In this document: piece by piece, positions 23,738-29,436 of the stretch | Layout of the letters: the number at the start of each line of letters is the position of its first letter | Position numbering within the stretch: the first letter of the stretch is position 1 | Origin: Leptolyngbyaceae cyanobacterium | GTDB lineage: Bacteria; Cyanobacteriota; Cyanobacteriia; JARCMD01 | Reading direction: 5' to 3' | Assembly (NCBI GenBank): GCA_035285265.1 | Contig: JAYKHH010000411.1 | Location: 1 to 29,436, forward strand | Length of the DNA stretch: 29,436 nt | Made by a program: the position numbers and the translations under genes | The notes under the pieces: generated by a model | What the model was told of the DNA's origin: nothing | Database searches by the model: none | The model's input: the letters and a program-made list of their open reading frames with translations, nothing else

Positions 23738-25528
23738 TTAACGCTTGACTAATTTCTTAGAGACTTTGCGTAGACGGATAGACTTAGGGGTGACTTCCAC
23801 TAATTCATCCGAGCCGATGTACTCCAAAGCACGCTCTAAACTCATATCTACTGGAGCCTGCAACTGCACTAGTTCTTCGCCACCAGAGGCGCGATGGTTA
23901 GTAAGTTGCTTACTTTTGCAAACATTCAGTTCCAAATCCTGAGGACGGTTATGTTCTCCCACGATCATGCCTTTGTAGACCCTGGTTCCAGGAGTGATAA
24001 AGAAAACACCTCGGTCTTCAGCATTTTGCATGGCATAGTAAGTGGCAACCCCTTCCTCAAAAGCAATTAAGACCCCGTTCCGACGGGCTTCAATTTCAGC
24101 CCCAATCGGGCGGTAATCCAGGAAGCTATGGTTCATAATCCCATCGCCTCGGGTCATCCGCATAAACTCACCTCGAAACCCAACCAGTCCCCGCGCTGGA
24201 ACAATAAACTCTAATTGAGTTCGACCATTGGCTCCCACCAGCATGTCTTGCATTTCTGCGCGGCGCTGACCCAGACGCTCAATACAACTGCCGTTAGCTG
24301 CTTCCGGAACATCTAAGACTAGGGTTTCAAACGGCTCACAGAGTTGCCCTCCTACTTCGCGATAGATCACCTGCGGCTTAGATACCTGAAACTCATAGCC
24401 TTCCCGACGCATGGTTTCAATCAAAATCCCTAGGTGGAGTTCACCCCGACCAGAAACCAGGAATTTATCGGGAGAATCCGTTTCTTCTACTCGAAGGGCC
24501 ACGTTGGTTTCAAGTTCACGCATCAGGCGATCGCGCACCTGACGAGAGGTGACATAACTACCTTCCTGACCTGCAAAGGGAGAATCATTCACCGAGAAGG
24601 TCATCTGCAGAGTTGGCTCATCCACCTTGATCAGCGGCAAAGCCTGCGGATCATTGGGACAGGTAATGGTTTCCCCAATATTGGCACTCGCAAAGCCCGC
24701 TACCGCAACAATATTGCCCGCTGAAGCAGATTCCACATCAATTCGCTTCAGGCCCTCAAATCCCATTAGTTTGGTGACCTTAGCTTTAATGATCTGACCA
24801 CTCTCGGTCATTAAAGCGGCTTGCTGCCCCACCTTGATCACACCGTTGTGAATCTTGCCAATCACAATCCGTCCCACGTATTCAGAGTAATCCAGGGTCG
24901 TAACCTGTAGCTGCAAGGGCTTTTCAGGATCACCCACGGGAGGCGGAACATGCTGGAGAAAGGCATCGAACAGGGGTTTCATATCCACCCCTTCCTCTTC
25001 TAGGGTTTCCTTGGCATAACCTTCCAAACCAGAGGCGAATAAATAGTGAAAATCACACTGGTCGTCATCGGCTCCCAGTTCTAGAAACAAATCCAAAACT
25101 TTATCAATCGACCCATGGGGGTTGGCTTGGGGGCGGTCAATTTTATTGACTAAAACCATGGGGCGCAACCCCTTTTCCAACGCCTTTTTAAGCACAAAGC
25201 GAGTTTGGGGCATGGGGCCTTCGTTGGCATCTACGATGAGCAGACAACCATCTACCATCCCGAGAACCCGCTCCACTTCACCACCAAAGTCGGCGTGTCC
25301 GGGGGTATCCACAATATTGATCAGCGTGTCTTTGTAGTGAACCGCTGTATTTTTAGACAAGATCGTAATACCCCGTTCCCGTTCTAGGTCATTGGAATCC
25401 ATGACACAATCTGGAACTTCCTCTCCTTCACGGAATGTGCCAGCCTGTTTCAACAGCGCATCAACGAGAGTAGTTTTGCCGTGATCGACGTGAGCAATGA
25501 TCGCAACATTGCGAATGGGGAGAGACAT
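23738..25528 (-). CDS. typA: Translational GTPase TypA/BipA
   Basis: [48 protein letters not shown] and [18 protein letters not shown]. Confidence 0.96.
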   Translation of the reverse strand: MSLPIRNVAIIAHVDHGKTTLVDALLKQAGTFREGEEVPDCVMDSNDLERERGITILSKNTAVHYKDTLINIVDTPGHADFGGEVERVLGMVDGCLLIVDANEGPMPQTRFVLKKALEKGLRPMVLVNKIDRPQANPHGSIDKVLDLFLELGADDDQCDFHYLFASGLEGYAKETLEEEGVDMKPLFDAFLQHVPPPVGDPEKPLQLQVTTLDYSEYVGRIVIGKIHNGVIKVGQQAALMTESGQIIKAKVTKLMGFEGLKRIDVESASAGNIVAVAGFASANIGETITCPNDPQALPLIKVDEPTLQMTFSVNDSPFAGQEGSYVTSRQVRDRLMRELETNVALRVEETDSPDKFLVSGRGELHLGILIETMRREGYEFQVSKPQVIYREVGGQLCEPFETLVLDVPEAANGSCIERLGQRRAEMQDMLVGANGRTQLEFIVPARGLVGFRGEFMRMTRGDGIMNHSFLDYRPIGAEIEARRNGVLIAFEEGVATYYAMQNAEDRGVFFITPGTRVYKGMIVGEHNRPQDLELNVCKSKQLTNHRASGGEELVQLQAPVDMSLERALEYIGSDELVEVTPKSIRLRKVSKKLVKR

Positions 25529-25695
25529 AGGGAAATTCCAGGGTAGAGGAAAAAGTGAGACTAGGACAGGCAGGCAGGAATTGCCATAACAGAATTAGGA
25601 GTCGAAGCTTCTGTAAAGAAGCCTTAATAATTCTAACCGAACTGCTCAACGAATGACGATAGCAAGCTGGAATTTGCCGGGGCAGAGGCGATCGC

Positions 25696-26877
25696 TCAGC
25701 TTTTGGCTACAGCAGCATCCTTGATAGCAGTGGTGTAGACCTCAACCATCTGAGCGGCGATATGATTCCATTCATATTGAGTAAAAACTAATTCACGAGC
25801 GCGATCTCCCATCGCTTTTGCTTGTTCAGGGTGACGAAAACACTCAATGAGGGCATGGGCGATCGCATCCGCACTAATATCCACCACATGAGCGGCCTGA
25901 GCCGTAGCTGCCTCAGGAAAATTGCACCCTGTTGTGATGACACAAGGCAATCCCGAAGCCATCGCTTCTAACACAGACATACTAAAACCCTCAGAATAGG
26001 AAGGTAAAACGTAGGCACTGGCTGCTGCCAACGCTGCTTGTTTCAACTGACCGGTCAGGATGCCTGTAAATGTGACGTGATTGAGGCACCCTGCCTGAGC
26101 AAAGTATCCTTGAGCCGTTGGCAGAAAGCCAATATCATCAGAGCCTGCAATGACCAGATGGGTTTCCGGAAACTGGTTCTGCACCTTAGCAAAGGCAGGA
26201 GCTAGTAAATCCAATCCCTTTTTTGGATCAATACGGGCAAGAAATAAAATCAGTTGCTTTCCTTGAGTCGCAGGAAAGCGTTGGTAAAAGATAGCTGGAT
26301 CTGGTAAGACTTCAAACTCGTGACGGTGAATCCCATTAGAAACAATCGCTACAGGATTTTGCAGCCTTAAATTCTGAATATTCTTGGCCTCAGAACTGTT
26401 CAGCGCGTGGAGAGCCCCCGCTCTTTGCAGTAAAGGTTTTTCTAGAAGGGCATAGTAGAGACGCTTTTTAGCCGCTTTATAAGCGAGCGACCAAGGCTCT
26501 AACATGCCATGGGGGGTTCTAATCGTTGCAACTTTGTAGCGTTGGCAAGCCCATTCCGCTGGTAAGACAGGATAGGCAAAAATAGTATGGGTATGCACCA
26601 AATCGTAATCTGCAACATGACGAAATAGCCAAGCGGTCAGAGAAAGACTAATGGTGTAGTCTTTAATATTCCATCGTGGAAAATATTGAATTCGGTAGGG
26701 CTTTGTCGTTATCCACTGACATAGCGGAATCTCTAAGTTGCCGCTGCCATTGGCATTAGTCGCTACGATATCAACACTCACAGTCCTCTCTGTGAGAGCT
26801 TGAGCCAGATCTAAGACAACTTTAGTTGGCCCACCAAAAACCGGCCCTAGGGAAGGGGTAACAATTAAAATTTTCAT
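25696..26877 (-). CDS. Glycosyltransferase family 4 (GT-B)
   Basis: LFLARIDPKKGLDLL and LPSYSEGFSMSVLEAMASGLP (EX7E motif). Confidence 0.9.
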   Translation of the reverse strand: MKILIVTPSLGPVFGGPTKVVLDLAQALTERTVSVDIVATNANGSGNLEIPLCQWITTKPYRIQYFPRWNIKDYTISLSLTAWLFRHVADYDLVHTHTIFAYPVLPAEWACQRYKVATIRTPHGMLEPWSLAYKAAKKRLYYALLEKPLLQRAGALHALNSSEAKNIQNLRLQNPVAIVSNGIHRHEFEVLPDPAIFYQRFPATQGKQLILFLARIDPKKGLDLLAPAFAKVQNQFPETHLVIAGSDDIGFLPTAQGYFAQAGCLNHVTFTGILTGQLKQAALAAASAYVLPSYSEGFSMSVLEAMASGLPCVITTGCNFPEAATAQAAHVVDISADAIAHALIECFRHPEQAKAMGDRARELVFTQYEWNHIAAQMVEVYTTAIKDAAVAKS

Positions 26878-26887
26878 CGGGGATCAA

Positions 26888-28030
26888 CTAGGGATGCGCT
26901 GTGGCATATTCAACTGCTTGCACTAAGCCTTGGGCAAAGTAGTTGGGCGAAAATTTCTGGATATGGTTGAGTGCAGCACAACCCATCTCAGACAGATTCA
27001 CTGCTGGAGAACTGAGTCTGAGCATTAACCCCATGAGCTGTGCTTGGTTTTCCGGATCAAACCCAAACCCATTCACGCCTTCAATCACTAAATCTTCAAA
27101 ACAACCACAGCGGTTAGAAACCAGGACTGGCAGGGCTGCTGCCATGGCTTCATTCACCACCAACCCCCATTCCTCTTGGATACTAGCGTGGATAAAGCAG
27201 CGAGCATGGGCAAAGTAAGGCAATAATTGCGCTTGTTTAAGAAAGCCAGGGAGATGCACTACGTCCTTTAACCCAAGCTGAGCAATTTTTTGTTCTAATT
27301 GAGGCCGTAGCTCTCCATCTCCACAAAGCACCAAATGCCAAGCATGAGATCCGGCTTGTTGGTGATAGGCAGCATAAACATCTAATAGGAATAAAAGATT
27401 CTTTTTAGGAATAAAGCGATTGCTAGCCAAAAAGAAAGGGTTGGCTAAAGGATTCCCTAAATCCTTGAGTTTGCTTGGATGAAAAGACTCATTATCGACC
27501 ACATCGTAGCCTAAAAAAATAGCTTCGGCAGGTTTCCCCAACTTAATTAGATAACGCTTGTGAGGAAGTCCTCCCACTAGAGCAGAGGAGTAAGACTTGA
27601 GGATCCGACGTTTGATTAACTCACGCCACCACACACGAGGAGAGTCATCTTCCTTGGTTTCAGACATTAAAATAGGAATGGCTTTGCGCTGCCGACACCA
27701 CTGTAATCCTGCCCGTGCGACCGTAAAAGCCCAGCCTGGTAAAAACACCGCATCAGGTTTCAAGGTATCCAAGTATTGCTTCAGAACTTGACCTGCTACT
27801 GGCGAAAAGGTGTCTCGTTGCGTATCGTATTTGCCTGAACTGACCGGTAGTAAGGTTTTTACAGGGATGGTCGCCTGATCACCTACATTACCCCAGGGAT
27901 GTTCTAAGGTGTTGTCTGTGACTTGAATCGCTGTGATTTTCCAGCCCCTACTTTGGCATTCTTGGTAGGCAGCCTGCAATCGAGCCGCATGATAACTACC
28001 AATATTGATAAAGATAATTGCGATGTGCAT
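26888..28030 (-). CDS. Glycosyltransferase family 4 (GT-B)
   Basis: SNRFIPKKNL, GDGELR and SIQEEWGLVVNEAMAAALP. Confidence 0.9.
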   Translation of the reverse strand: MHIAIIFINIGSYHAARLQAAYQECQSRGWKITAIQVTDNTLEHPWGNVGDQATIPVKTLLPVSSGKYDTQRDTFSPVAGQVLKQYLDTLKPDAVFLPGWAFTVARAGLQWCRQRKAIPILMSETKEDDSPRVWWRELIKRRILKSYSSALVGGLPHKRYLIKLGKPAEAIFLGYDVVDNESFHPSKLKDLGNPLANPFFLASNRFIPKKNLLFLLDVYAAYHQQAGSHAWHLVLCGDGELRPQLEQKIAQLGLKDVVHLPGFLKQAQLLPYFAHARCFIHASIQEEWGLVVNEAMAAALPVLVSNRCGCFEDLVIEGVNGFGFDPENQAQLMGLMLRLSSPAVNLSEMGCAALNHIQKFSPNYFAQGLVQAVEYATAHP

Positions 28031-28041
28031 GGGTCAAGTGC

Positions 28042-29205
28042 TTAGGCTATACCGAGAGCAGTTAAGGTGTCACTAGCCATTCGTTGAAGCGAAAAATAAT
28101 CTCTAAACTGACTTTCTCCCTCTTTTGCCTGCTGCTTTAAATAGACAAGCTGATGAAGGGTCTCCATCAAGGTTTTACCAACGGATTCCACGGTGGTGTC
28201 ATTCACTACTTTAACCCATTCCGCCTGCTGGGCAACATCCCAAGCTCCGTTAAAATTGGTAATTACAGCGGGGATACCCCGACCTGCCGCTTCTAACAGG
28301 GCCAGGGGCAAGCCTTCAAAATGGCTGGTCATGGCATAAATATCTATGGCAGACAAGTATCTTTCTGGCTGTTCCTGCCAACCCGTAATATGCCAGGTGG
28401 ATCTAGGTGCTGCACTATCCAAGCGTTGCTCTAACGCCTTTCTTTCCGGCCCTTCTCCTACCAGTAATAGACGGATTTCGCATCCCTGTTGTCTAGTCCA
28501 TAACCAAGCTTCAATCAGCAATTGCAAATTTTTCTGAGCTACAAATTGCCCTAAAAATCCGATAGTTGGAACGGGGGAGCGATCGCTCCAACCAGTTGGC
28601 AATTCGGGGGGGACTTGAGGCAAGGCCGGGAATGAACAACCATGGGTTACCACTTGAGTAGGACGTGGAGCAGGATAATACTGCTCAAACTCGGCTTGGC
28701 TACCCTTTGACACCAGCAGAAGACCATAAGGATGTTGTTGGTACCATTGACGCAATAAATGACCTCTGAGTTTGCCTAAAGGTCGTTGATCCTTATGGGC
28801 TGTCATGGGCATATGCAGTAGTCCCCCAACAGGAGCAACATCTGCCAGCAAAGCACCTGCTAGGTAATCTAGGCCATCCTCGTCATACTGTTGGTTTACT
28901 AAAATGGCATCGGGCACAATCTCTTGGCAGACCTTCGTGACTTCTCGTTGTTGGTTCTTGTCCGTCATGGATTGGAGGAATCTGAGGGGGCGCGATCTCA
29001 ATCCCAATAGTTTTCTGCGATGTACCTGTGCTCCTGCCTCAGTTAGCAGGACTGCCCACCCATCCATATAAGTGGCAGTGGAGAGCAACACATGGACATC
29101 ACAGTTTAAAAGACGCAATCCCTCGGTTAGATACACAAGATATCGCTCTCCACCTCCTCGTGCACTAGAGTTTGAGCTAATTAAGAGGAGTCGTTTAGCC
29201 AACAT
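28042..29205 (-). CDS. Glycosyltransferase family 4 (GT-B)
   Basis: GGGERY, GQFVAQKNL, GEGPER and SHFEGLPLALLEAAGRGIP. Confidence 0.88.
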   Translation of the reverse strand: MLAKRLLLISSNSSARGGGERYLVYLTEGLRLLNCDVHVLLSTATYMDGWAVLLTEAGAQVHRRKLLGLRSRPLRFLQSMTDKNQQREVTKVCQEIVPDAILVNQQYDEDGLDYLAGALLADVAPVGGLLHMPMTAHKDQRPLGKLRGHLLRQWYQQHPYGLLLVSKGSQAEFEQYYPAPRPTQVVTHGCSFPALPQVPPELPTGWSDRSPVPTIGFLGQFVAQKNLQLLIEAWLWTRQQGCEIRLLLVGEGPERKALEQRLDSAAPRSTWHITGWQEQPERYLSAIDIYAMTSHFEGLPLALLEAAGRGIPAVITNFNGAWDVAQQAEWVKVVNDTTVESVGKTLMETLHQLVYLKQQAKEGESQFRDYFSLQRMASDTLTALGIA

Positions 29206-29238
29206 ATTGATTGTCTTCGTTAAAGCGCATTAAAACCA

Positions 29239-29436
29239 CTAGGATTCTCGGGAAGGCTTAAGGGATGAAGATTCAAGTCTAAATTCTTCATGCTTTAGCC
29301 AAATCAACAAAAAACAGGGCCAAAAAGACATGCCGATCCAAGCCACAATTCCAGGTAAATCGCCACCTCTTAAGAGGGGAACTAAGGAAGCGCAGAGAAT
29401 AGAGCGAGCTAAGATACCAGCAAACGGTTTAACTCG
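29239..29436 (-). CDS. 3' end of a membrane protein, possibly O-antigen/EPS polymerase (Wzy-like); runs off the window end
   Basis: Manual translation: RVKPFAGILARSILCASLVPLLRGGDLPGIVAWIGMSFWPCFLLIWLKHEEF...*. It is hydrophobic and sits directly upstream of three glycosyltransferases. Confidence 0.5.
   Translation of the reverse strand, partial: RVKPFAGILARSILCASLVPLLRGGDLPGIVAWIGMSFWPCFLLIWLKHEEFRLESSSLKPSRES

Larger units (their letters stand above)
1260..28586. repeat. HIP1 octamer GCGATCGC, about 28 dispersed copies
   Basis: Hand-located examples: 1260, 1480, 2078, 2317, 6570, 6862, 9628, 10631, 10700, 12867, 12917, 12986, 19498, 22164, 25688, 28579. Under one copy would be expected by chance in 29 kb. 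Confidence 0.9.

Noticed and set aside
311-28537. The many 60-125-aa ORFs in the track (e.g. 1858..2193, 3864..4208, 16916..17293, 24434..24724)
   Set aside because: They are antisense or off-frame shadows of well-supported genes and have no recognisable motifs.

Overview
Chromosomal window from a cyanobacterium, shown by about 28 hand-counted HIP1 octamers (GCGATCGC), an NtcA box, an AMIN-domain TonB receptor and STRR heptamers. In order it holds the urea ABC transporter operon urtA-B-C-D (minus strand, urtD cut by the window edge, urtB interrupted by one in-frame TGA); a phosphoketolase/transketolase-family enzyme; a 3' phoX fragment; a DUF389 membrane protein with an OmpA-like C-terminus; an aldo/keto reductase; an iron-uptake cluster (AraC regulator, AMIN-TonB-dependent receptor, siderophore-binding lipoprotein, exporter-fold ABC transporter); glmU; a zinc-ribbon membrane protein; sigA; typA; three GT4 glycosyltransferases; and the 3' end of a Wzy-like membrane protein. 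The intergenic DNA is rich in small mobile elements: three copies of a ~99-bp MITE, two 143-165-bp MITE-like elements with related ends, a 48-bp mini-element and a REP-like hairpin. There is also the 3' remnant of a class C-like group II intron abutting a stop codon, and a 24-nt element inserted in frame at a HIP1-like site inside the TonB receptor. I found no CRISPR array, rRNA, tRNA or intact transposase, and no clearly new multi-gene system. The best leads are the exporter-fold ABC transporter in an iron cluster with no FecCD-type permease, the intron remnant, the in-frame SDR insertion and the urtB nonsense codon.
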